Below the pieces are notes generated by a model. The model worked only from the letters and a program-made list of their open reading frames with translations, made no database searches and was not told the origin of the DNA. The position numbers and the translations under genes were made by a program. From positions 1-34,747 of IMG/VR virus record IMGVR_UViG_3300032253_000251: a DNA stretch of 34,747 bases; one strand, written 5' to 3'. Shown one piece after another: positions 7,952 through 16,800 of the stretch; positions within the stretch are counted from its first letter, which is position 1, and every line of letters begins with the position of its first letter. The DNA is from a virus (Duplodnaviria > Caudoviricetes).

Positions 7952-8101
7952 TCACGCATCCCGCGCACCTTTTATCAGGACGAGTTCGGCGATGGCGGCG
8001 GCTGGCCGGTCGCCCCGGTCGAGGGCTTCGGCGCGGAGAATGGCAGCGTCCGGCAGCCCCGCTTGTCTTTGTTCGTTCGTTTTTTTAATCGGCTTTTCCA
8101 T
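7952..8101 (-). CDS. Possible small protein (49 aa, MEKPIKKTNEQRQAGLPDAAILRAEAL...)
   Basis: Translated by hand; occupies otherwise empty space between cro-region genes and the cII-like gene. Confidence 0.35.
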   Translation of the reverse strand: MEKPIKKTNEQRQAGLPDAAILRAEALDRGDRPAAAIAELVLIKGARDA

Positions 8102-8135
8102 AATTTCAATCTTTCACAACCCGGAGCGCATTAAA

Positions 8136-8603
8136 ATGATCGACCCGCAAGCAATTACCCATGATATCGTCGCGGAAACTTTCTGTGATGCGTTCAGGCG
8201 TCGGGTTGGATCAGGACCAAACAAAGTACGTCTCGATGATTTATCCGATTTCGTTGCCATCGACGTGCGCACTTTGAAGGCATGGCGCGACGGGCAGTCA
8301 TCGCCACAAATTCACATGCTTTTGAAATTGGCTGCTTATTTTGGCCCGGCCTTTATGTCGGAAATTCTTTGCCCGGCTGGGCAAGGCGGTGTTGATGTTT
8401 TAGAGCCCGTCGATCTAGCGCCACAAGAAACAGCAACTGATCTGGCGACAACAACTGCCGAATTATTACAGCGATTGCGTGATGGCAAATTTTGCCACAT
8501 CGACCGCGCCGTTATGGGCCCGAAACTGATTGACCTTGGCCGTGAACTTGAAGCGCAAGGGCGGGCAATGTTGATCCGCCATGAAAGTGAAAAGGCGGCT
8601 TAA
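8136..8603 (+). CDS. CII-like HTH transcriptional regulator
   Basis: GGAG SD at ATG 8136; LDDLSDFVAIDVRTLKAWRDGQSSP HTH; position after cro. Confidence 0.65.
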   Translation: MIDPQAITHDIVAETFCDAFRRRVGSGPNKVRLDDLSDFVAIDVRTLKAWRDGQSSPQIHMLLKLAAYFGPAFMSEILCPAGQGGVDVLEPVDLAPQETATDLATTTAELLQRLRDGKFCHIDRAVMGPKLIDLGRELEAQGRAMLIRHESEKAA

Positions 8604-8651
8604 CAAATTCAAATTACCAACGGAGAAAGTTTGTCTCCTCCCTGTGAAACT

Positions 8652-8681
8652 GGCCGGGGCTTTGGCTCCGGTCTTTTTTTT
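8652..8681 (+). terminator. Intrinsic terminator in the early-right operon
   Basis: GGCCGGGGC-TTTG-GCTCCGGTC stem followed by T8. Confidence 0.75.
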
Positions 8682-8706
8682 AAACCAACAACGAAAGGAA
8701 ATTAAT

Positions 8707-9126
8707 ATGGCCGAACAGCTCAAACCAAATGGAGATGGGGCAGAGCCGCATATCCCGCATCATAATATCGAGGCGATCAATTCGACGATCCGCAACAAGT
8801 TCCATGAAATTCTTAAAACCGATCGCGACATAAAAAAACTTGAAGAGCAGCATATTGCCGAACTGAAATCAGACCGAACGCAGTTATGGAAAAACATGGC
8901 CGCCGATACAGACGTCTCGCAAACGGACCTTAAGCTGTTTTACAAATTATGGAAGCGACAGGAAGAAGCAAAACTTTTCGATGAAGAAGAAGATGCCAAC
9001 GCCGTTTCTGATAATTTAAAGGTTATTTTTGAAGCTTTAGCTGATGGCGATCAGCTTGATTTCATTGACGGCATAAGACCCGAAAATGATACCGATGCCA
9101 ATGGCAATGGCGAACGGATCCACTGA
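8707..9126 (+). CDS. Putative GapR/DUF2312-like DNA-binding protein
   Basis: GAAAGGA SD; HN lead-in, coiled helix, LKLFYKLWKR, IFEAL..G.QLDF resemble phage GapR-like proteins. Confidence 0.5.
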   Translation: MAEQLKPNGDGAEPHIPHHNIEAINSTIRNKFHEILKTDRDIKKLEEQHIAELKSDRTQLWKNMAADTDVSQTDLKLFYKLWKRQEEAKLFDEEEDANAVSDNLKVIFEALADGDQLDFIDGIRPENDTDANGNGERIH

Positions 9127-9127
9127 T

Positions 9128-9664
9128 ATGGTAAGCACTGTTCTCGCGCTTGATCTGGCAACGGTCACGGGGTTTGCCGTTGGCGACCTTGCCGCGCCGA
9201 CTGCCAGTACACCGGTTGAAGCCGCAAGCGCGGGAGCATTGCCGCCGATGCCGTTATCAGGATCACAAAGGATCGGCAAACCTGGCATGGGCGATGGTCG
9301 TTTTTTTGAATGCTTTGAAATCTGGATGACCGATATGATTGCGGTTCATAATCCGGATGTTGTGATTTTTGAGGCACCCATTGTTCACAGTGGAAAAATT
9401 AACGCAAAGACAGCACGCCGATTGATGGGTTTAGCTGTACTGGCCGAACTAATTGCCCATAAAAAAGGCGTTGGCAGAATTCTCGAAGGCAATATTTCAC
9501 AAATTAAAAAACATGCTACCGGCAACGGTCGGGCGACAAAGCCGCAGATGATTGCGGCCGCCCGTCGGCTTGGTTGGCGACCTGTTGATGATAACGAAGC
9601 CGATGCATTGTGGCTACTTGATTTCGCGGTCACAATTCTGTCTAGAAAGCGGAGAGCCGCATGA
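9128..9664 (+). CDS. RuvC-like Holliday junction resolvase
   Basis: VLALDLA, VIFEAP, IKKHATGNGRATK, DDNEADA catalytic pattern. Confidence 0.85.
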   Translation: MVSTVLALDLATVTGFAVGDLAAPTASTPVEAASAGALPPMPLSGSQRIGKPGMGDGRFFECFEIWMTDMIAVHNPDVVIFEAPIVHSGKINAKTARRLMGLAVLAELIAHKKGVGRILEGNISQIKKHATGNGRATKPQMIAAARRLGWRPVDDNEADALWLLDFAVTILSRKRRAA

Positions 9665-9816
9665 ATAGCACCCGCCTGACGACAGAAGAACGGCAAGCAT
9701 TAAACGCACTGCGAAGGTGGTTTATAAGCATGTCGCTTCGCAACCTTGGGCATTTAAAAACAGCGACGAAAAATTGGATCAGAGCAGATAATAAAGAAGA
9801 GGCGCCCGATGTGTAA
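9661..9816 (+). CDS. Small hypothetical protein (51 aa)
   Basis: ATGA overlap with the RuvC-like stop; GGAG SD; overlaps the next start. Confidence 0.55.
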   Translation: MNSTRLTTEERQALNALRRWFISMSLRNLGHLKTATKNWIRADNKEEAPDV

Positions 9817-10015
9817 AACGTGTAATAGCGGCGGATCAATTTACCGCAAACAATCGACAGTAATAAAAAAGGTTGAGCGCTTCGGCTATGAAGGTGGGCG
9901 GCTGTCATCTTATACAGAAAATGTGCGCCACGTATTGGGCGGTATCGATGCGTGCCCCGAATGCGCATCTAAATCAGAAGTCAATTATCAGGAAATTAAA
10001 AAGGTGGCAGCATGA
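9809..10015 (+). CDS. Small Zn-ribbon protein
   Basis: CKTC...CPEC; GAGG SD; ATGA coupling to the replication gene. Confidence 0.65.
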   Translation: MCKTCNSGGSIYRKQSTVIKKVERFGYEGGRLSSYTENVRHVLGGIDACPECASKSEVNYQEIKKVAA

Positions 10016-10854
10016 GCAAAGCCCCATCCATGCCATTGTTTGTAGACGCGTACATGGCTGACACCATGCACCTGTCAGAAGCCGAAGACGGTGTTTATAT
10101 GCGCCTACTGATGTGTATGTGGCGCATGGGTGGGCAATTACCGGATGATGATGCAAAGCTTGCGCGTTTCGCCCGTGTGTCTAAATCGCAGTGGATTAAA
10201 AAATATCGGCCAGAACTTGAAATATTTTTTGACATAAAAGACGGACTTTTTTCGCAAAAAAGATTGAAAAAAGAGTGGGATTACGTTTCACAAAAAGTTG
10301 AAAGAAATAGGACAAATGGTGGCAAAGGTGGGCGGCCTAAGTCATTGGAAAATAACAATACTGATAAACCCAACGGTTATTCAAAACAAAACCCACCGGA
10401 TAACCCAAACCTAACCCAAACGGAAAGCACCCAACCCCAACCCCATAGTAATAGTAAACTATTACCCCCCCAGCCCCCCAGAGGGGATGATGATTGTTTG
10501 ATTTCAAAATGGTTATGGGAAAACGGTGTTGGATATCTTCGCAGTCATGGCGAAACCGATGCAGGGGCACGGGTGCTGATCACCGCATGGCTGCTTGAGC
10601 ACGACACGGCGGATGTCAAAAACGCAATCCTCACGGCGCAAGTATCGGCCAGAGGAAAACCCCAAGCCTACATCATAAAAATTCTACAAAACCGAAAAGC
10701 GGAAAAATTGGCAGGTGTTATCCCGTTCGACCGACAGAAATCGCCAGAGCAAATCAAGGCCGACGAAAAAGCCGAAATAGACGCAGCATTCGAAAAAATT
10801 CAAGCTAAGGCGCGGGAACAAGCAGAAAGGAACAAAACAAATGGGACTGTTTGA
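10012..10854 (+). CDS. DUF1376 (YdaU-like) phage replication initiator
   Basis: MPLFVDAYMADTMHLS..EDGVYMRLLMCMW..LPDDD.KLAR..QKRL..E..NG.KGGRP. Confidence 0.85.
   Translation: MSKAPSMPLFVDAYMADTMHLSEAEDGVYMRLLMCMWRMGGQLPDDDAKLARFARVSKSQWIKKYRPELEIFFDIKDGLFSQKRLKKEWDYVSQKVERNRTNGGKGGRPKSLENNNTDKPNGYSKQNPPDNPNLTQTESTQPQPHSNSKLLPPQPPRGDDDCLISKWLWENGVGYLRSHGETDAGARVLITAWLLEHDTADVKNAILTAQVSARGKPQAYIIKILQNRKAEKLAGVIPFDRQKSPEQIKADEKAEIDAAFEKIQAKAREQAERNKTNGTV
10366..10445. repeat. Iteron-like AACCCA repeats, candidate replication origin
   Basis: AAACCCAACGG, AAACCCACCGG and TAACCCAAAC x2 inside the initiator linker. Confidence 0.5.
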
Positions 10855-11347
10855 AAACGAAGCGGTCATGCGGATCATCGTTGAGCCGATGCAGGTTAGG
10901 TGGGCAAAGCCGCGCAACGTCCAGTCAATCGATGCGGTAATGGGCGATTACATTGATGATTTATCAAAGTTTTCAGAAAACGATTTGAAGATTGCTTTTA
11001 CCGAGGTTCGGCAAAGTCACGAATATGCAAGCTGGCCGTCGTCGGCAACGTTTCTGAAAGCGGTCAAATTGATCGGCGGAAGTGGTCAGGCAAATGACAA
11101 TTCGCGTTCGGGTATCGCCCAAGATCGTGACCGGGCGATGCGCGCCCAGCAGTACGCCGCATGGTATTTAGACAACACTGATTTAGGCAAGCAATCATGG
11201 CATGAAGGCTGGTTTATCAGCTTGCGTCGGTACTTGGTCAAAGAGGCGGCCAAACAACTCAACAGCGGTGCAGAGCAGCCACACGTAACGGTTACGGATC
11301 ATCAGATTGCCGAGTGGCAGCGGCCATGGGTAATGGATGCAGCATGA
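10841..11347 (+). CDS. Putative replication partner (helicase-loader-like)
   Basis: Follows the initiator; YIDDL..F....L..AF.EVR...WPS.A pattern. Confidence 0.5.
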   Translation: MGLFENEAVMRIIVEPMQVRWAKPRNVQSIDAVMGDYIDDLSKFSENDLKIAFTEVRQSHEYASWPSSATFLKAVKLIGGSGQANDNSRSGIAQDRDRAMRAQQYAAWYLDNTDLGKQSWHEGWFISLRRYLVKEAAKQLNSGAEQPHVTVTDHQIAEWQRPWVMDAA

Positions 11348-11820
11348 CCCCTAAACAGGAAAAATTCTGTCAGGTTTACATCGAATGCGGCAACGCGTCC
11401 GAGGCCTATCGGCAATCGTATGATGTTGGGGAAAATACAAAAGATAAAACGATTTGGCGGAAAGCAAAAGAATTATTGGACCACGGCAAGGTTTCGGCAA
11501 GGATAGCGGTTTTGCAACTCAAACACCAAAACCGTCATGAAATCACCGTGGATAGTCTGACGAAAGAGTATGAAGAAGCCCGAAATTTAGCCAAGAATGA
11601 AAAGCAAGCCCCGGCAATGGTTAGCGCCACAACAGGCAAGGCAAAATTGCATGGTTTGCTGGTTGATAAACAACACCATTCCGGAAAAATTGAACACGAA
11701 CATTCACTGAAAGAAGTTGACGATGTCGAACTTAGAAACCGATGCATCTGGTTCCTCGCAGGGGACGACGCTGTCCGAGCTAAGCAAATCGCTGGGTTCG
11801 TCAAAGCCTTGGCTACCTGA
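11344..11820 (+). CDS. terS: Terminase small subunit
   Basis: MTPKQEKFCQVYIECGNASEAYRQSY...AKLHGL. Confidence 0.9.
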   Translation: MTPKQEKFCQVYIECGNASEAYRQSYDVGENTKDKTIWRKAKELLDHGKVSARIAVLQLKHQNRHEITVDSLTKEYEEARNLAKNEKQAPAMVSATTGKAKLHGLLVDKQHHSGKIEHEHSLKEVDDVELRNRCIWFLAGDDAVRAKQIAGFVKALAT

Positions 11821-13234
11821 ACCATCCGGGCCGCAATTGGATGCGTTTGTATCCACGGCTGATGAACTGTTTTATGGCGGATCAGCCGGCGGCGGCAAAA
11901 CCGATTTGGTTTGTGGCTTGGCATTAACGGCTCATCATAGGTCCGTCATTTTCCGGCGCGAAGGCAAACAAACCGGTGCCATCGTTGACCGTATGGCTGG
12001 AATTCTGGGTGGTCGGTCAGGGTACAATGGACAAGATCGCGTATGGCGACTAGATGGCGGCCAGCGCATTGAATTCGGCGGCTGTCAACATATGGGCGAT
12101 GAAGAAACATGGCAAGGCCGACCACATGATTTAAAAGCTTTTGACGAAATCACACAGTTTCTGGAATACCAATACCGCTATTTGATTACGTGGAACCGGT
12201 CCACTAATCCCGATCAACGTTGCCGGGTTGTCAGTACAGGTAACCCGCCAACGACACCCGAAGGCGAATGGGTGGTTAAATACTGGGGCCCGTGGCTGGA
12301 CCCGATGCATGACAATCCTGCCGAACCCGGTGAACTAAGATGGTTTTTGGTGATTGACGGTGATGATGTTGAGGTTGATAGTCCGAAACCTATTTACCAC
12401 AACGGCGAATTGTTGATCCCACGATCACGCACGTTTATTCCGTCTAGCGTCGATGACAATCCATACCTGTCACGCACCGGATACAAAGCGACGTTACAAG
12501 GTTTACCGGAACCTTTGCGGTCCAAAATGCTGCACGGTGATTTTCAAGCGGGTATTCAAGATGATGAAATGCAGGTCATTCCGACGGCGTGGATCGATGC
12601 GGCACAGGACCGGTGGACGGAAAGTGGCGGCCTGAAAAATCCCATGTCGGCGGTGGGTGCCGATATTGCGCGCGGCGGTAAAGACAGCACCGTAATTTCA
12701 GCGCGTCATGACAATTGGTTTGGTGAATTAATCGTTTGTCCGGGTGCGGAAACACCCAATGGGGACGCTGCGGCTTCACAAATTATCAAAGCCCGACAAC
12801 ATTTTGCGCCCATCCATATTGATTTAACCGGTGTCGGGACTAGCCCGTTCGATACGTTAAAAACCCGGAAAATTCAAACCATCGCGTTTATCGCTGCGGC
12901 GAAATCCGTAGCCCGTGATCAATCGAAACAATTAGGCTTCGCCAATAAACGGGCTGAAAGCTGGTGGCTGATGCGGGAATGTCTGGACCCGGAAAGTGGA
13001 CAAGATATCCAATTGCCCAAAGATCGGATGTTGCGGGCTGATTTGGCATCGGCTCGGTACTCATTAACCACTCAAGGCATTCTGGTTGAGAAAAAAGACG
13101 ACATTATCAAACGTTTGGGACGTAGCCCGGATCGGGGCGAAGCCGTAATTTTGGCACGCTATGCGTTTCGCAAAACCGACGGTGTAGGAACACATCAAAA
13201 CTTTACCGCTGATACAGATTTCGAGGTGCTGTGA
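11723..13234 (+). CDS. terL: Terminase large subunit
   Basis: GPQ, Walker A GGSAGGGKT, Walker B AFDEIT, TGNPP, nuclease GADIARGGKD and SPDRGEA; start uncertain. Confidence 0.95.
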   Translation: MSNLETDASGSSQGTTLSELSKSLGSSKPWLPEPSGPQLDAFVSTADELFYGGSAGGGKTDLVCGLALTAHHRSVIFRREGKQTGAIVDRMAGILGGRSGYNGQDRVWRLDGGQRIEFGGCQHMGDEETWQGRPHDLKAFDEITQFLEYQYRYLITWNRSTNPDQRCRVVSTGNPPTTPEGEWVVKYWGPWLDPMHDNPAEPGELRWFLVIDGDDVEVDSPKPIYHNGELLIPRSRTFIPSSVDDNPYLSRTGYKATLQGLPEPLRSKMLHGDFQAGIQDDEMQVIPTAWIDAAQDRWTESGGLKNPMSAVGADIARGGKDSTVISARHDNWFGELIVCPGAETPNGDAAASQIIKARQHFAPIHIDLTGVGTSPFDTLKTRKIQTIAFIAAAKSVARDQSKQLGFANKRAESWWLMRECLDPESGQDIQLPKDRMLRADLASARYSLTTQGILVEKKDDIIKRLGRSPDRGEAVILARYAFRKTDGVGTHQNFTADTDFEVL

Positions 13235-13686
13235 TGACAGATAAATGGCTAGTCATATTCTGTGACCCTGACCCGTTAACGGGCGTGGCCACGCGTTTCG
13301 ACCGGTTCGTTTATTGGCTGCTGATACGGTTTTTAAAACCGGGGTTCCGGCATTGTTACGCCATGCGCCGGGCTAATAATTTTGAAGGCTGGCTGATTTT
13401 AAACGTCACCAGCGATCGGGCGCATGTGCTGGAAGTTGCAGACACGCAAATCATTCATATGGGCGGCAGGACGTTTGATAATTATACGGATTTCGTAGAC
13501 TGGTCTGAACGCAACGGAGTGGCGACCATTGTAACGCTACCAGAACAGCCGGGCGGTCATTGCAAAGTCAGATCGCATTTTAACTGTGTAACGTCGGTTA
13601 AACATTTGCTGGGCATTGCCGCGCCCAGTGTGTTGACGCCGCATGGATTGTTTAAACATTTGGGTAAAGAAATCGCCAATGAGTAA
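13234..13686 (+). CDS. Hypothetical protein, possible permuted papain/NlpC-P60-like peptidase
   Basis: GFRHCY (His) precedes HFNCV (Cys), then LGI...TPHGL; TGATG coupling to terL. Confidence 0.6.
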   Translation: MTDKWLVIFCDPDPLTGVATRFDRFVYWLLIRFLKPGFRHCYAMRRANNFEGWLILNVTSDRAHVLEVADTQIIHMGGRTFDNYTDFVDWSERNGVATIVTLPEQPGGHCKVRSHFNCVTSVKHLLGIAAPSVLTPHGLFKHLGKEIANE

Positions 13687-13894
13687 TAATTTAAAATGTC
13701 CGCCGTGTTTGACAAGAGCGGAAAGAGACCGCCGGTACCGGGAAAGGCAAAAAGCAGGAATTCAGGTTTACCGTGTCGAAGTTGATCAGGATATGTTTGA
13801 AAAATTGTTGTTCGGTCGGCATCTTGATCGACGTGATATGGATAATCATGACAAAGTTTCAAATGCTATTGTTGATTTAATTAAGACCGCGTAA
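13679..13894 (+). CDS. Small basic putative DNA-binding protein (71 aa)
   Basis: TRAERDRRYRERQKAG motif. Confidence 0.6.
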   Translation: MSNNLKCPPCLTRAERDRRYRERQKAGIQVYRVEVDQDMFEKLLFGRHLDRRDMDNHDKVSNAIVDLIKTA

Positions 13895-13971
13895 CAAACG
13901 TCGCATCGCGGTAAATACCAGAATACTGAATTACTATGCCTTCGTAAATTCAAACCAGCGGAGGTATTTTT

Positions 13972-14190
13972 ATGGGCGGAATTTTAGGCGGATCAAAACC
14001 ACCGGCACCAGATACCAGCGAAATTGATCGTCAACGCAAAGAACGCGAAGACGAAAAAGCCAAGGTTGAACGCGACAATACATCGAAGCGGCGTAATGCC
14101 AAACGCGGCGGATCAGCCCGGTCACTGTTGCTATTCGATAGCCCCAAAGGGGTTGACGGTAGCGCACCCAAGCAAAAGACGCTGGGCTAA
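13972..14190 (+). CDS. Small virion protein preceding the portal (T7 gp7.3-like position)
   Basis: GGAGG SD; MGGILGGSKPPAP..KTLG pattern. Confidence 0.75.
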   Translation: MGGILGGSKPPAPDTSEIDRQRKEREDEKAKVERDNTSKRRNAKRGGSARSLLLFDSPKGVDGSAPKQKTLG

Positions 14191-14196
14191 TAACAA

Positions 14197-15789
14197 ATGG
14201 CTAAAAACATCCATATTAAACGTTTTGAAATTGCCCGCGAAAGACGGCGCAAATGGGACCCGGTTTTAAAGGATGCCTACAAACTGGCCCTGCCGCAATA
14301 CGAAGACCCGGTTGATATAGGTGCCGATAACAAAGGTGCCAAACGCGGCATGGATATTTTTGACAGCACCGCGCCTGATGCATTGGACGAACGCGCCAAC
14401 CGGACACGGGGCATGTTATTCCCCAAAGGCCGCAGATGGATGTTCGTGCGCCCCGAAGTAGCCGAAGCCAGCACCGAAGTTGCATCCATTGCCGAACATG
14501 TTTTTGATATAGCGCAAGCGGCTTTTGAAGTATCCAATATGCAAACGGAAATCCATCAATCAATCCGGGATGCGTATATTTCAACGGGCGGCGTGGCGCT
14601 AGATGTGGGCGACGTTAATAACCCGTTTCAATTCGAAGCATTACCAATCGCGCAAGTCATACCCGAAGAGGCATCAGACGGCACCATCCGAACAAATTAC
14701 CGGGAATACGAATTACCCGCATACGACATTCCGCACCGGTTACCGGATGTAAAAGGTTTTCCAAATGATATTCAGCAAAAAATAAATGAAGAGAAAAACG
14801 ATAAGATCAGTTTTATCGAATGTCAGGTCTATGAGCCGAAAGGTGGAGCAGTAAAATATAAACTGTTCCTGAAAAAAGGTGAAAAGCTGATTGACGAAAA
14901 ACAATTTGATGTTGGGCGTTTGATTGTTTTCAGGTCCGATAAAGTGCCCGGTGAAACTATGGGCCGTGGGCCTGTATTGCGGGCATTACCGGATATTAAA
15001 ACAGCCAATAAAATTGTTGAATTAATTTTTAAAAACGCATCCATCGCGGTTACCGGTATTTGGCAAGCCGACGATGACGGTGTTTTGAACCCGGCCAATA
15101 TTAAATTGAAACCCGGTACTATTATTCCCAAAGCTGTCGGTTCACAGGGTTTGACCCCGCTTAAATCGCCGGGTTCATTTGATGTCTCGCAAATTGTGTT
15201 GAAAGATTTACAGGAAAAAATCCGCCGCATGGTATTTGGCCCAGCGCTGCCCGGCGTTGATCAAGGCGTACGCACGGCTTATGAAAATTCTGTCCGTAAA
15301 GCCGATCAAATGGCAATTGAAATCCCGTCGTTAGACCGGCTAGAGGGTGAATTGTTCAGGCCATTAGTCCGTCGTGCTTTGTTTGTTTTATCAGACCCGA
15401 CTTTGGCTGCATCAACTTATTATGTGGAACCACCCGAAGGCATTGGGCGCATCGATTTCATCGACATGCTGATGGAAGCATTGGAAACACCCAGTGAACG
15501 GGCTAAACGCCAGGTCGAAGCCCAAGAGCAAACACTCGCACTACAAACGGCGTTAAGCATTGATCCCGAAGCCGCTGGCGTTATTAAACGGGCTGAATTC
15601 TGGTCAAAATGGTTCAAAAATGCGGGCGTTGATAGCACCTTGATAAAATCTGAAGAAGAATTAGCTGTCGAACAACAGCAGGCCCAAGAGCAACAGCAAT
15701 TGGCTGCATTGGCGCAAGCCGCAGTCCAAGGAAGTGACGGTACCGGACAACAACCGCAACCGGATCAGGGGACGGCCAATGTCCAGTAA
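14197..15789 (+). CDS. Portal / head-to-tail connector (T7 gp8/BPP-1 type)
   Basis: IFDSTA, PGETMGRGPVLRALPDIKTAN, RTAYE, Gln-rich tail; 530 aa. Confidence 0.92.
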   Translation: MAKNIHIKRFEIARERRRKWDPVLKDAYKLALPQYEDPVDIGADNKGAKRGMDIFDSTAPDALDERANRTRGMLFPKGRRWMFVRPEVAEASTEVASIAEHVFDIAQAAFEVSNMQTEIHQSIRDAYISTGGVALDVGDVNNPFQFEALPIAQVIPEEASDGTIRTNYREYELPAYDIPHRLPDVKGFPNDIQQKINEEKNDKISFIECQVYEPKGGAVKYKLFLKKGEKLIDEKQFDVGRLIVFRSDKVPGETMGRGPVLRALPDIKTANKIVELIFKNASIAVTGIWQADDDGVLNPANIKLKPGTIIPKAVGSQGLTPLKSPGSFDVSQIVLKDLQEKIRRMVFGPALPGVDQGVRTAYENSVRKADQMAIEIPSLDRLEGELFRPLVRRALFVLSDPTLAASTYYVEPPEGIGRIDFIDMLMEALETPSERAKRQVEAQEQTLALQTALSIDPEAAGVIKRAEFWSKWFKNAGVDSTLIKSEEELAVEQQQAQEQQQLAALAQAAVQGSDGTGQQPQPDQGTANVQ

Positions 15790-15994
15790 ATCACCATTAC
15801 AGAAACAAGACATTGCCGACGGCAAGTTGGCGTTAACCCGGCTGATGGATGGTCCGGACGGGAACAGCGTCCGCGCCTATTTAAAGTCATTTACCGATCA
15901 GGTATTGGGACCAAATGCAACAGAAGCCGAATTGCGTGACGCCAACGCCAAACGCGGGTTGGTACAGATTATTTCAAACTTAAAAGAAGGATAA
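15779..15994 (+). CDS. Small protein between portal and scaffold (Bbp19-like)
   Basis: GPDGNSVRAYLK..GPNA..AELR..KRGLVQII; synteny. Confidence 0.65.
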   Translation: MSSKSPLQKQDIADGKLALTRLMDGPDGNSVRAYLKSFTDQVLGPNATEAELRDANAKRGLVQIISNLKEG

Positions 15995-15998
15995 AAAC

Positions 15999-16757
15999 AT
16001 GCCAGATGGAGTTGTAGAAACTGCTGTCGCCGAAGAAGGAAGCGCATCGGCACTGGTCAATTTGGATGGTGCTGGTGGCGAAGGTAAATCCGCCACGGAT
16101 GAAAACAAGGACATTGTCGCAGATGTAGAAGGACAGGGCAAAGTCCCGACGGTTAGCGAGATCGATCTGGACGGCAGCAAGGTCGAAGTCCCGGATGCGG
16201 TCGCCAAACACATCGAAGATTTGAAAGCCAACGCTAAAACGGATGCCCCGGAAAGTTACGATCTGATCTTGCCGGATGAATTCAAAGGCCAGATCGAAGC
16301 CGATGCCAATGATCCCCGATGGATCGCTTTGCAGGAAGTCGCCAAGGCTAAAAATTTAAGTCAAGAACAGGTCAACGGCATCCTTGCCATGCATTACGGT
16401 CAGGAAGCGGCAGGCGTCACAAGTGATGCGGAATTTGGCGCAAACCAAAAGGCAAAATTAATCGAAGCCTTTAACGACGGCGGCAATTTGACCGATGATC
16501 AGGCCACCCAATCGGCACAAGGCGTAGCGGATTGGGCAGTCGGATTGTTAAAGCCCGATATCGCCAAAAACCCCGGACTTGTAACCGAACTTAAATCCCT
16601 CGCTATGACGGCGACGGGTGTGCAGCTTTTGGCCGCACTCAAAGCCCGGACTGGTGAGACCAGCATCCCGGGTAGCCGTGACGTGGGGGTCGGGTCAGCG
16701 GGTAAATCGCTGGCAGAACGACTTTACCCGACCATGACAAACGACCCTCACCGTTAA
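15999..16757 (+). CDS. Capsid scaffolding protein
   Basis: Acidic; APESYDL, LSQEQVNG, C-terminal SLAERLYP; precedes the capsid gene. Confidence 0.8.
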   Translation: MPDGVVETAVAEEGSASALVNLDGAGGEGKSATDENKDIVADVEGQGKVPTVSEIDLDGSKVEVPDAVAKHIEDLKANAKTDAPESYDLILPDEFKGQIEADANDPRWIALQEVAKAKNLSQEQVNGILAMHYGQEAAGVTSDAEFGANQKAKLIEAFNDGGNLTDDQATQSAQGVADWAVGLLKPDIAKNPGLVTELKSLAMTATGVQLLAALKARTGETSIPGSRDVGVGSAGKSLAERLYPTMTNDPHR

Positions 16758-16800
16758 ATTTTAACCCGACAAACCGTCAAACTTACAGGAGACTTAACTT

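Noticed and set aside
7920-8135. N-terminal extension of the 227-aa ORF (and similar long starts at 8581, 9086, 11314, 21264, 26233, 3777, 5283, 7232)
   Set aside because: Downstream ATGs with SDs, coupling or domain boundaries fit better; the extensions overlap other genes or regulatory DNA.
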